Shown here: positions 1 to 7,803 of the stretch, in pieces
How the letters are laid out: each line of letters opens with the position of its first letter
Numbering within the stretch: position 1 is the stretch's first letter
From: Cryptosporangium japonicum
Lineage (GTDB): Bacteria; Actinomycetota; Actinomycetes; Mycobacteriales; Cryptosporangiaceae
DNA: 24,000 nucleotides
NCBI RefSeq assembly: GCF_039524755.1
Contig: NZ_BAAAGX010000007.1
Coordinates: 119,219-143,218, forward strand
Direction of reading: 5' to 3'
Program-made: the position numbers and the translations under genes
Notes under the pieces: model-generated
The model's database searches: none
The model's input: the letters and a program-made list of their open reading frames with translations, nothing else
Told to the model about the DNA's origin: nothing

Positions 1-335
1 GCCGTGAGCTGCCGGTACAGCGGGTGCTTGGCCTCGCCGGTGACCGCGATCTTGGAGAACATCGGGAACTGGACGCCGAACGTGCTGGTGCAGAACTCGG
101 CGATCTCGGAGTCGGTGCCCGGTTCCTGACCGGCGAAGTCGTTCGCCGGGAACCCGAGCACCGCGAAGCCCTGGTCGCGGTACTGCTCGTGCAGCTTCTC
201 CAGGCCCTCGTACTGCGGGGTGAGGCCGCACTTCGAGGCGACGTTGACGATGAGCAGCACCTGGCCGTCGAACGCGGCGAGGCTGGTCTCCTCGCCGGTG
301 ATCGTGCGCAGCGGAATGTCCGAGATCGCGGTCAT
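1..335 (-). CDS. Glutathione peroxidase (Cys-type); 3-prime end cut by the window edge
   Basis: Own translation of the minus strand from ATG (335-333): MTAISDIPLRTITGEETSLAAFDGQVLLIVNVASKCGLTPQYEGLEKLHEQYRDQGFAVLGFPANDFAGQEPGTDSEIAEFC... The NVASKCGLTPQY and LGFPxNxFxxQEPG blocks are GPx signatures. It is absent from the ORF track because it runs off the window. Confidence 0.88.
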   Translation of the reverse strand, partial: MTAISDIPLRTITGEETSLAAFDGQVLLIVNVASKCGLTPQYEGLEKLHEQYRDQGFAVLGFPANDFAGQEPGTDSEIAEFCTSTFGVQFPMFSKIAVTGEAKHPLYRQLT

Positions 336-458
336 ACCGGCTTCCCCTCCCGTACCGATTGGTACCGAAACCCTAACCGTAACGAGGATCGCCGACACCG
401 GTGGTGTGGGTCACACGCTAGGGTGAGCGTCCTATCGCGAGAGACCGGGAGGGCCGCG

Positions 459-1256
459 ATGACCGGCGACCGCATCGACACCACCGTCGTCCACGCCGCG
501 CGCCGGTACGACTACTGGCTCGGCGGGCGGGACAACTTCGCCGTCGACCGCGAGTCGGGCGACCAGATCGCCGCGCTCTACCCGTGGACGCCGATGTGGG
601 CGCGGGAGAACCGCGCGTTCCTCGGGCGGGCGGTGGAGTACCTGGCCGGTGAGGCCGGCATCCGCCAGTTCCTCGACGTCGGCACCGGGTTACCCACCGC
701 GAACAACGTGCACGAGGTCGCGCAGCGGGTCGCCCCGGAGTCGCGCGTGCTCTACGTCGACAACGACCCGCTGGTGATGGCTCACGCGCGGGCCCTGCTC
801 GGCGGCTCGGCGCCGGGCCGCACCCAGTTCCTCGAATCCGACTTCCTCCGCCCCGACGACATCCTGTCGGCGGCGTCGCGGGGAAGCGTGCTGGACCTCG
901 GCGAGCCGGTCGCGCTGATGCTCGTCGCGCTCGTGCACCTGATCCCCGACGCGCAGGACCCGCTCGCCGCCGCCCGGACGCTGCTCGACGCGCTGCCGAG
1001 CGGCAGTTACCTGGTGATGAGCCACGGCACCGCCGATTTCATGACCGCGGACGCGCTCGCCGACGTGCCGGAGTTCCAGCGGCTGGCCACGTTCCAGATG
1101 CGGACCGACGCCGAGATCCGGCCGTTCTTCGAGGGCACCGAGCTGGTGGACCCGGGCCTGGTGTGCATCACCGACTGGCGCTCGCCGTTGCCGGAGGCCG
1201 ACCGACCGGACCCCTCGCACGTCGGGTGTTACGGCGCGGTGGGCCGGAAGGAATAA
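459..1256 (+). CDS. SAM-dependent methyltransferase, DUF574 / Methyltransf_19 family
   Basis: This is the in-frame ATG at 459 inside track ORF 24..1256. The N-terminus (DTTVVHAARRYDYWLGGRDNFAVDRE) and FLDVGTGLPT are typical of the actinomycete DUF574 family. The first 145 codons of the track ORF are antisense to the gpx gene and its promoter and were discarded. Confidence 0.82.
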   Translation: MTGDRIDTTVVHAARRYDYWLGGRDNFAVDRESGDQIAALYPWTPMWARENRAFLGRAVEYLAGEAGIRQFLDVGTGLPTANNVHEVAQRVAPESRVLYVDNDPLVMAHARALLGGSAPGRTQFLESDFLRPDDILSAASRGSVLDLGEPVALMLVALVHLIPDAQDPLAAARTLLDALPSGSYLVMSHGTADFMTADALADVPEFQRLATFQMRTDAEIRPFFEGTELVDPGLVCITDWRSPLPEADRPDPSHVGCYGAVGRKE

Positions 1257-1284
1257 TTCGCGGCGGCGCGTCCATCTAGCTTCT

Positions 1285-1677
1285 ATGACTGACAAGCCGG
1301 TACTTCAGCCAGGACCCGACCACCCGATCACGGTCACGCCGAACCACAACCGGGTCGTCGTGACGGTGGCCGGAAAGGTCGTCGCCGACACCCGCAACGC
1401 GCTCACGCTGCAGGAATCGAACTATCCGCCGGTGCAGTACGTGCCGCTGGCCGACGTCGACCAGTCGCTGCTCGAGCGCAGCTCGTACGAGTCGTACTGC
1501 CCGTACAAGGGCGACGCGAGCTACTACTCGATCCCGCTCGGCGGGGAGAAGGCCACCGACGCGGTCTGGGAGTACGCCGAGCCCTACGGCCCGGTCGCCG
1601 CGATCAAGGGCCACGTGGCGTTCTGGGACGGCCGCGTCGACTCGATCGACGTCGAGGCCGAGGGCCAGCGCGCCTGA
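1285..1677 (+). CDS. DUF427 domain protein
   Basis: A 130-aa ORF with the YPPVQYVP...CPYKGDASYYS...VAFW pattern characteristic of DUF427. Third-position GC is high. Confidence 0.75.
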   Translation: MTDKPVLQPGPDHPITVTPNHNRVVVTVAGKVVADTRNALTLQESNYPPVQYVPLADVDQSLLERSSYESYCPYKGDASYYSIPLGGEKATDAVWEYAEPYGPVAAIKGHVAFWDGRVDSIDVEAEGQRA

Positions 1678-1688
1678 GCCGTTCACCG

Positions 1689-1717
1689 GCCGCGCCCAGT
1701 TCTCCCCCGGGCGCGGC
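1689..1717. terminator. GC-rich hairpin between convergent genes (candidate bidirectional terminator)
   Basis: GCCGCGCCC (1689-1697) pairs perfectly with GGGCGCGGC (1709-1717) around an 11-nt loop. It lies between the DUF427 stop (1677) and the DUF72 stop (1717-1719). There is no U-tract. Confidence 0.4.
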
Positions 1718-2625
1718 TAGAACAACGTCATCGACTCGACCGGCTCGGGCTCGACCGGTGGGGGTTCGGGGAGCGCGTCGAGCGCCGGCACCTCGGCCCG
1801 CACGGCGGTGTGAAAACGGCGGGCCAGCGCGAGCGACTCGACGTTGTCGGGCGTGTGCACGAACACGGTCGGTGACCGGCCCTCACGCAGCCACGCCGCG
1901 ACCCGGGCCACCCACGGCCGCCACCCCTCGGCCGTGCGGGCCGGGTCGTCCCGGCCGAGGTAGCGCACGATCGGCCGGTCGGTGAGCGCGGCCTCGCGTT
2001 TCGCGACCCGCGGCTTCTTCGTCCAGGCGTCGCGTTCGGCGTCGCTGGTGGGCGGGGTGGCGAAGAACGCGGTGGTGTCGAACGGCACCCACTCGGTGCC
2101 GGACGCCCGCAACACGGCCTCGAGTTCGCGCGCGGCGTGCGCGTCGTCGAAGAACGCCGGGTGGCGCACCTCGACCGCGTAGCGGAACGACGGCGGCAGG
2201 CGGCGCAGGAACCGGGCGAGCGCGGGCACGTCGGCCGGGGCGAATGCGCCCGGCAACTGCACCCAGAGCGCGTGGGCGCGAGCGCCGAGCGGCTCCATCG
2301 CGTCGAGGAACGCCCGGACGTCCTTCTCGACGCCCTGGAAACGGCCCTCGTGCGTGACGGTGCGCGGGAACTTCGGGAGGACCCGGAAATCCTCGTCGGT
2401 CTGGGCCGCCCAGCCGGCCACGGTGGCCGCGGAGGGCGTCGCGTAGAAGGTGGTGTTGCCCTCCACCGCGTCGCACCACCGCGCGTAGGCGCGCAGCCGC
2501 TCCGCGGACGGCAGCGCGTGGTTCGGCCAGGCCTTGTGCGTCCACTGCGCGCACCCCACCGCCAGCCGCACCCCGACTCCCTCCGCCGCCGACCGTGCGG
2601 CCACCCTACGCGCCCCCACCGACAT
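1717..2625 (-). CDS. DUF72 (YecE/UPF0759) family protein
   Basis: The block GCAQWTHKAW...FYATPSAATVAGWAAQTDEDFRVLPKFPRTVTH...VEVRHPAFF is DUF72-like. I chose the ATG at 2625 (MSVGARR...). The track start at 2673 would run into the tandem repeat array. Confidence 0.78.
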   Translation of the reverse strand: MSVGARRVAARSAAEGVGVRLAVGCAQWTHKAWPNHALPSAERLRAYARWCDAVEGNTTFYATPSAATVAGWAAQTDEDFRVLPKFPRTVTHEGRFQGVEKDVRAFLDAMEPLGARAHALWVQLPGAFAPADVPALARFLRRLPPSFRYAVEVRHPAFFDDAHAARELEAVLRASGTEWVPFDTTAFFATPPTSDAERDAWTKKPRVAKREAALTDRPIVRYLGRDDPARTAEGWRPWVARVAAWLREGRSPTVFVHTPDNVESLALARRFHTAVRAEVPALDALPEPPPVEPEPVESMTLF

Positions 2626-2640
2626 CCACCGCCCGCGCCC

Positions 2641-2738
2641 GCTCACGCCCGCCCGGAGGCGCTCACCCCGCACGGAGGCTCACCCCGGCCCGGAGACGCT
2701 CACCCGGCCCGGAGACGCTCACCCCGGCCCGGAGACGA
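2641..2738. repeat. Intergenic tandem repeat array, about 5.5 copies of a 17-20 bp unit (consensus GCTCACCCCGGCCCGGAGAC)
   Basis: Units read directly from the sequence: 2641-2660 GCTCACGCCCGCCCGGAGGC; 2661-2677 GCTCACCCCGCACGGAG; 2678-2697 GCTCACCCCGGCCCGGAGAC; 2698-2716 GCTCACCCGGCCCGGAGAC; 2717-2736 GCTCACCCCGGCCCGGAGAC. A degenerate GATCAC... unit then runs into the tesB stop. Confidence 0.85.
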
Positions 2739-3572
2739 TCACTCCGACGCCCTCGGCCAGACCAGGGCCAGCTGGCTGACGTCGGCGGACGGGTGGCCGG
2801 CGCGGTCGGAGACCGTGGCCGTGACCACGGCGCGCCCGCCCCGCGCGCTCGGTGAGAACTGGCTGAACAGCTGCCAGTCGTCGGCCCGCCCGTCGCCGGT
2901 GAACGTCAGCGCGTGGTCGAGCGAGACCGCGTTCCACTCCGCGGCGAGCGAGCGTTCGTGCCCCACCGGGACACCGTGGCGGGCCACGACCGTCGCCATC
3001 AGCATCAGGTCGCTGGCGTAGGCGGTCGCGGCGCGGTGCAGCAGCGGATCGGGCGGTAGCGCGTCGCACCGCATCCAGACGTGCACCCGGCCGTCCTCGC
3101 CGGTGCCGGCGACGCGGACGTCGACCGCGGTGAACCCGTCCCAGAGTGCGCCGAGGCCACCGTCGTCGACGGCGAGCCCGGCCAGCGGCGTGCTCGTGTC
3201 CGGCCCGGCGACGACCGCCGGCGCGGCCGCGTGCCGCACGCCGTCCGGTACGTCGGCCGCCGCCGTCACCCAGGAGCGGCACAACTCGCGTCCGTCCTGG
3301 TGGACGCCGACCTCGAGCACCGAGACCCGGCGCCCGGTACGCAGCGGCTCCACCTGGAGCGTCACCGGGTGGCCGATGCGACCGGCACGCAGGAACGTGG
3401 TGCGGACCGTGTGCACGGCCCGGTCGGCGGGCAGCGTCCGCCCGGCCGCGACGACCGACTGGCCGACGAGCCGGCCGCCGAACGGCTGCGGCAACGGCAT
3501 CCCGTCGCTCTCGCCCCGGTACCGGCCCTCCCCGATCGCCTCGACGTCGAGCAGCGCCGCCAGCGACGTCAT
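2739..3572 (-). CDS. tesB: Acyl-CoA thioesterase II (double hotdog, TesB-like)
   Basis: Starts at ATG 3572 (MTSLAALLDVEAIGEGRYRGES...FGGRLVGQSVVAA...) and continues ...ASDLMLMATVV...SLDHALTF, as in TesB. Its start overlaps the stop of the upstream gene (ATGA at 3569-3572). The track ORF 2739..4580 is an in-frame read-through artefact. Confidence 0.85.
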   Translation of the reverse strand: MTSLAALLDVEAIGEGRYRGESDGMPLPQPFGGRLVGQSVVAAGRTLPADRAVHTVRTTFLRAGRIGHPVTLQVEPLRTGRRVSVLEVGVHQDGRELCRSWVTAAADVPDGVRHAAAPAVVAGPDTSTPLAGLAVDDGGLGALWDGFTAVDVRVAGTGEDGRVHVWMRCDALPPDPLLHRAATAYASDLMLMATVVARHGVPVGHERSLAAEWNAVSLDHALTFTGDGRADDWQLFSQFSPSARGGRAVVTATVSDRAGHPSADVSQLALVWPRASE

Positions 3573-4420
3573 CCGGCCCCCGGCTCCACGCTCCGCGCCG
3601 GCGCACCGGGCCCGGCGGCGGCCGGTCGCTTCTTCGGCGGGAGCGGGAAGAAGCCGCTGGTACGCGCCACGTAATCCTCGAAGGCCGCGCCGCGGTGGCG
3701 GCGCATGCGCCGCTCCAGCAGCGCCTTGCCGCTGAACCGGAGCAGCAGCACCGTCATGACGATCGGTGAGACCACGGTGAGCAGACCGGCCGGGTGCCCG
3801 AGCGCCAGCAGCCAGAGCCCGAACCAGACGACGGTGTCCCCGAAGTAGTTCGGGTGCCGGGTCCAGGCCCAGAGACCGCGGTCCATGATCCGGCCCGCGT
3901 TGGCCGGGTCCTTCTTGAACCGGGCCAGCTGCGCGTCCCCGACCGCCTCGAACAGGAATCCGACCGTCCAGACCGCGATGCCCAGCCCGCCGAGCACGCC
4001 CAGCGACGCGGACTGGTACATCGCCAGCTGCACCGGGATCGACACGACGAGCAGCAGCACGCCCTGCAACCCGTAGATCTTGCGGATCAGGAACCCGACC
4101 AGCGATCCGGTGCGGTGACGCATCAGCGCGGTGTAGCGCTTGTCCTCGCCGTGGCCCCGGTTGCGGTTGCCGATGTAGACGCCCAGCCGCAGCCCCCAGA
4201 TCGCGGTCAGCGCGAGCACGACGCCACGGCGCAGGTCGTCGCCGGAGCCGGTCGAGGCGAGGTAGCTGACCACGGCCATCAGCACGAACCCGGGGCCCCA
4301 GAAGATGTCGATGATCGACTGGTTGCGGATGCGGATCGCCACCGCCATCAGCACACCGAAATACACCAGCGCGGCGACGACGCAGAGCGCGACGTTCAGC
4401 GCGAACCCGGACCAGTTCAC
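3569..4420 (-). CDS. DUF1295 / steroid 5-alpha-reductase-like polytopic membrane protein
   Basis: A 283-aa protein with multiple hydrophobic helices. The GEDKRY...FKKDPANAGRIMDRGLWAWTRHPNYFGD block is typical of DUF1295. It has 4-nt overlaps with both neighbouring genes. Confidence 0.8.
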   Translation of the reverse strand: MNWSGFALNVALCVVAALVYFGVLMAVAIRIRNQSIIDIFWGPGFVLMAVVSYLASTGSGDDLRRGVVLALTAIWGLRLGVYIGNRNRGHGEDKRYTALMRHRTGSLVGFLIRKIYGLQGVLLLVVSIPVQLAMYQSASLGVLGGLGIAVWTVGFLFEAVGDAQLARFKKDPANAGRIMDRGLWAWTRHPNYFGDTVVWFGLWLLALGHPAGLLTVVSPIVMTVLLLRFSGKALLERRMRRHRGAAFEDYVARTSGFFPLPPKKRPAAAGPGAPARSVEPGAG

Positions 4421-5298
4421 GGCCGAAGCTCCTTCGCGAAGTCCTGGAACGCGGCCTGCGCCTCGGGATAGGTGTGCCGGTCACCGGCGCGGCTCGCGGC
4501 CAGCGCGGCGGCGAGGCCGACCCCGTCGGCGGGGAAGCGCACGGTGCCGCCCTCGACGGCGTCGGCGACCCGGATGCCACCCGCGGCGGCCACGATCACC
4601 TCGCCGTTGACCTCCGACGCCGGATCCAGCAGGGCGCTGACCAGGGGCGCGACCGCCTCGGCGCGCATCAGGCCGGCGTAGCGCGGGTCCATGCCCGACG
4701 CGGTCATCTGCGTGGTGGCGTACGGCAGCACCACGTTCGTGTGGACGCCCCGCCGCGCGCCCTCGACGGCGGCGGTGCGACCGAGCGCGATGACCGCGCC
4801 CTTGCTGGCCGCGTAGGCCGAGACCGTCGGCTCGCCGTGGAGGCCCGCGGTGGACGCGACCAGCACGATCCGGCCGCCGCCGTGCTTGCGCATCACCGCG
4901 GAGGCCGCGGCGGTGACCAGCACGGTGCCGACCACGTTGACGTCCAGCACGGTGCGGAGGTTCTCCGGCGTGGTGCTGTGCAGCATCTGCGGGCCGCTGA
5001 CCGCGGCGCTGGTGACCAGGCCGTCGAGGCGGCCCCACCGCTCGAGCGCGGTCGCGACCAGGCGGTCCGCGGTGGCCGGGTCCTCGACCGCGCCGTGGTC
5101 GGCGACGGCGTCTCCCCCGGCGGCGCGGATCTCGGCGACGACGTGGTCGGCCGGCCCGCGCCCGGCGTCGTCGACGACGCGGTTGCGGTTGTTGACCACG
5201 ACCTTCGCCCCGCGCGCCGCGGCGTCGAGCGCGAACGCCCGGCCCAGCCCCTTCCCGGCGCCGGTGACGATCACGACGCGGCCGTCGAGCGCGCTCAC
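4417..5298 (-). CDS. SDR-family oxidoreductase, MFE-2-type (R)-3-hydroxyacyl-CoA dehydrogenase-like
   Basis: Contains the TGAGKGLG cofactor motif and the S...YAASK catalytic motif. The VVNNRN... and NVVLP blocks resemble the dehydrogenase domain of multifunctional enzyme type 2. Confidence 0.82.
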   Translation of the reverse strand: MSALDGRVVIVTGAGKGLGRAFALDAAARGAKVVVNNRNRVVDDAGRGPADHVVAEIRAAGGDAVADHGAVEDPATADRLVATALERWGRLDGLVTSAAVSGPQMLHSTTPENLRTVLDVNVVGTVLVTAAASAVMRKHGGGRIVLVASTAGLHGEPTVSAYAASKGAVIALGRTAAVEGARRGVHTNVVLPYATTQMTASGMDPRYAGLMRAEAVAPLVSALLDPASEVNGEVIVAAAGGIRVADAVEGGTVRFPADGVGLAAALAASRAGDRHTYPEAQAAFQDFAKELRP

Positions 5299-6482
5299 GC
5301 GGCGAGCCGCTCGATCAGCACGGCGACGCCGAGCCCGGCGGCGCCGGAGACCGCGGCGACGCCGTAGCGGCCGCCGCGGTCCTCGAGCGCCTCCACGCAG
5401 CTGCCGACGAGGATCGCGCCGGTGGCGCCGAACGCGTGGCCCATGGCCATCGTGCCTCCATTGGGGTTGAGCCGGTCCGGCCCGGCGTCCAGGTCGCGCC
5501 GGAAACGCAGGCAGAGCGCGGAGAACGCCTCGGCGAACTCGAACACGTCGACGTCGGCCGGGGTCAGGCCGGCCCGGGCGAGCACGGCCTCGACCGCGCT
5601 CTGCCCGGCGGTGAGCATGACGACCGGGTTCACCGCGGTGGTGGCGGCGCCGACGATCCGGGCGCGGGGCCGCAGGCCGGTGCGCCGGGCCGCGTCGGCG
5701 TCGCCGAGCAGCAGCAGCGCGGCCGCGTCGGCCATCGCCGGTGAGGTGCCCACCGTGTGCAGGTGGTCGATGTGGTCGACCCCGTCGTAGGCGCCGAGCG
5801 CGATCGCGTCCTGGCCGTCCTTCCCGAGCCCGGCGAACGCCGGCGGCAACGCGGCCAGCCCGTCGAGCGTCGTGCCCGGCCGGACCAGTTCGTCGTGGTC
5901 GAGGCCGGCCACCGGCACCAGGGACCGGGCGAACGCGCCACCGGCCCGGGCCGCGGCGGCCTTCTGCTGGGTCTCGACGCCGTACGCGTCGAGTTCCGCG
6001 CGGGTGAACTTCTCGATCGTGGCGTTCAGGTCGGCGGCGATGCCCATGTGCACCGAACCGATCCGGCGGACGGTCTCGGCGTCGGTCCAGAGCGGGCCCC
6101 GGTCGGCGAACATCGGCACCCGGGAGACGCTCTCGACGCCGCCGGCCACGGCCAGCCGCAGGTCACCGGCGCGGATCCGGGCCGCGGTCTGGCCCACCGC
6201 GTCGATGCCCGACGCACAGAACCGGTTGAGCGTTCCGCCCGGCACCCGGTCGCCCCAGCCGGCCAGCAGCGTCGCGGTGCGGGCCAGGTCGGCGCCCTGC
6301 TCGTCGACCTGGGACGCGCAGCCGAGGACGACGTCCTCGACCTGCCCGGTGTCCAGGCCGGTGCGCCGGGCCAGCTCCCGCTGCAGCCCGACGACGAGGT
6401 CCACCGCCGGGACGTCGTGCAACGACCCCTTGGCCGACGCTCTGCCCCGCGGGGTCCGGACGTAGTCGAGAACGAACGTCAT
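5295..6482 (-). CDS. Thiolase-fold protein (acetyl-CoA C-acyltransferase-like, FadA-like) with non-canonical active site
   Basis: Contains NRFCASG (Cys89) and NPNGGTMAMGHAFGATG (His349). The positions of the canonical Asn316 and Cys378 read Ala317 (FEFAEAF) and Ser379 (AAVSGAAGLG). A GAGGAGA RBS lies upstream of ATG 6482. Confidence 0.85.
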   Translation of the reverse strand: MTFVLDYVRTPRGRASAKGSLHDVPAVDLVVGLQRELARRTGLDTGQVEDVVLGCASQVDEQGADLARTATLLAGWGDRVPGGTLNRFCASGIDAVGQTAARIRAGDLRLAVAGGVESVSRVPMFADRGPLWTDAETVRRIGSVHMGIAADLNATIEKFTRAELDAYGVETQQKAAAARAGGAFARSLVPVAGLDHDELVRPGTTLDGLAALPPAFAGLGKDGQDAIALGAYDGVDHIDHLHTVGTSPAMADAAALLLLGDADAARRTGLRPRARIVGAATTAVNPVVMLTAGQSAVEAVLARAGLTPADVDVFEFAEAFSALCLRFRRDLDAGPDRLNPNGGTMAMGHAFGATGAILVGSCVEALEDRGGRYGVAAVSGAAGLGVAVLIERLAA

Positions 6483-6591
6483 CGATGTCTCCTCATCGCC
6501 GAGGAAAATTCACGCTTCAACAGCGGGAGATACTCTGCTAGTTGTAGCTTAGACGCAAGAGCGGCAGCAGCGGACGCGAAGGAGCGGACCA
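6483..6591. promoter_or_regulatory. Divergent promoter region between the two thiolase-led operons
   Basis: A 109-bp gap that is visibly less GC-rich than its surroundings. It has RBSs on both sides (GAGGAGA and GAAGGAG). A possible plus-strand promoter is TTCACG (6509-6514)-N16-TACTCT (6531-6536). A weak GCTA-N4-TAGC dyad sits at about 6537-6548. Confidence 0.4.
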
Positions 6592-7803
6592 ATGAGCATC
6601 TGGGTTCTCGGCGGCTACCAGAGCGACTTCGCCCGAAACCTCACCCGCGAGGGCGCGGACCTCGCCGACCTGACCCGCGAGGTCGTCGACGGCACCCTCG
6701 AGGCCGCGAACCTCCCCGGCGGCGAGATCGGCGTCGTGCACGTCGGCAATGCTTTCGGTGAGCTCTTCGCGATGCAGGGCCACCTCGGCGCGATGCCGGC
6801 CACGGTCCGCGACGACCTCTGGGAGACCCCGGCCTCCCGGCACGAAGCGGCCTGCGCGTCGGGCTCGATCGCGGCGCTGGCGGCCATGGCCGACCTGAAC
6901 GCCGGCCACTACGACACCGCGCTGGTCGTCGGCGTCGAGCTGGAGAAGACGGTCCCGGGTGACACCGCGGCCCAGTACCTCGGCACCGCGGCCTGGACCG
7001 GCCACGAGGGCGAGGGCGTGAAGTTCATGTGGCCGCACATGTTCAGCCTGGTCGCCGACGAGTACGCGAACCGGTACGGGCTGGACGAGCAGCACCTGCG
7101 CGCGATCGCCGAGCTCAACTTCGCCAACGCGCGCCGCAACCCGAACGCGCAGACCCGCGGCTGGGACGTCCCGCCGCTCACCGCGGACGACCGGGCCAAC
7201 CCGACGGTCGAGGGCCGGGTGCGCCGGTTCGACTGCAGCCAGATCACCGACGGCGGCGCGGGCGTCGTGCTGGTCACCGACGACTACCTGCGGCGCCACC
7301 CCCACCTGCGGCCGTGGGCGCGGATCCTGGGCTGGGGCCACCGCACGGTCGGCCTGTCGATGCGGCCGAAGTTCGACCGGTCCGCCGACGATCCGTACGT
7401 GCTGCCCCACCTGCGCCGGGCCGTCGGCGACGCGTTCGGGCGGGCCCGGATCACGCTCGAGCACCTCGACGGCCTGGAGACCCACGACTGCTTCACCCCC
7501 AGCGAGTACCTCGCGATCGACCACATCGGGCTCACCGGTCCCGGCGAGTCGTGGAAGGCCGTCGAGAACGGCGACATCGCGATCGGCGGCCGGCTGCCGA
7601 TCAACCCCAGCGGCGGGCTGATCGGCGGCGGTCACCCGGTGGGCGCCTCGGGCGTGCGGATGCTGCTCGACGCGACCAAACAGGTCTCCGGCCGGGCCGG
7701 CGACTACCAGGTCGAAGGCGCCAAGACCTTCGGCACGCTCAACTTCGGCGGGAGCACGGCCACCACGGTCAGCCTCGTCGTGGGATCAGGAGAGATGGCA
7801 TGA
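6592..7803 (+). CDS. SCP-x / lipid-transfer-type thiolase
   Basis: A 403-aa protein with the nucleophile Cys in EAACASGS, an HDCF motif (ETHDCFT) and GGGHPVGASG. These are hallmarks of SCP2-type thiolases. No DUF35 partner gene lies adjacent. Confidence 0.85.
   Translation: MSIWVLGGYQSDFARNLTREGADLADLTREVVDGTLEAANLPGGEIGVVHVGNAFGELFAMQGHLGAMPATVRDDLWETPASRHEAACASGSIAALAAMADLNAGHYDTALVVGVELEKTVPGDTAAQYLGTAAWTGHEGEGVKFMWPHMFSLVADEYANRYGLDEQHLRAIAELNFANARRNPNAQTRGWDVPPLTADDRANPTVEGRVRRFDCSQITDGGAGVVLVTDDYLRRHPHLRPWARILGWGHRTVGLSMRPKFDRSADDPYVLPHLRRAVGDAFGRARITLEHLDGLETHDCFTPSEYLAIDHIGLTGPGESWKAVENGDIAIGGRLPINPSGGLIGGGHPVGASGVRMLLDATKQVSGRAGDYQVEGAKTFGTLNFGGSTATTVSLVVGSGEMA

Noticed and set aside
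24-458. The N-terminal 145 codons of the 410-aa track ORF 24..1256
   Set aside because: This stretch is antisense to a clearly recognisable glutathione peroxidase gene (1-335) and its promoter gap. The methyltransferase homology only begins at the internal ATG at 459.
2641-2738. The tandem repeat considered as a CRISPR array or as a coding peptide repeat
   Set aside because: The units abut with no unique spacers and are too short for CRISPR repeats, and there are no cas genes. The unit lengths of 17, 19 and 20 are not multiples of 3, so no frame is preserved.
3573-4580. The upstream two-thirds of the 613-aa minus-strand ORF 2739..4580
   Set aside because: Only the last 277 codons are TesB-like. 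The rest is Arg/Ala/Pro-rich shadow sequence overlapping the well-supported DUF1295 and SDR genes in another frame.
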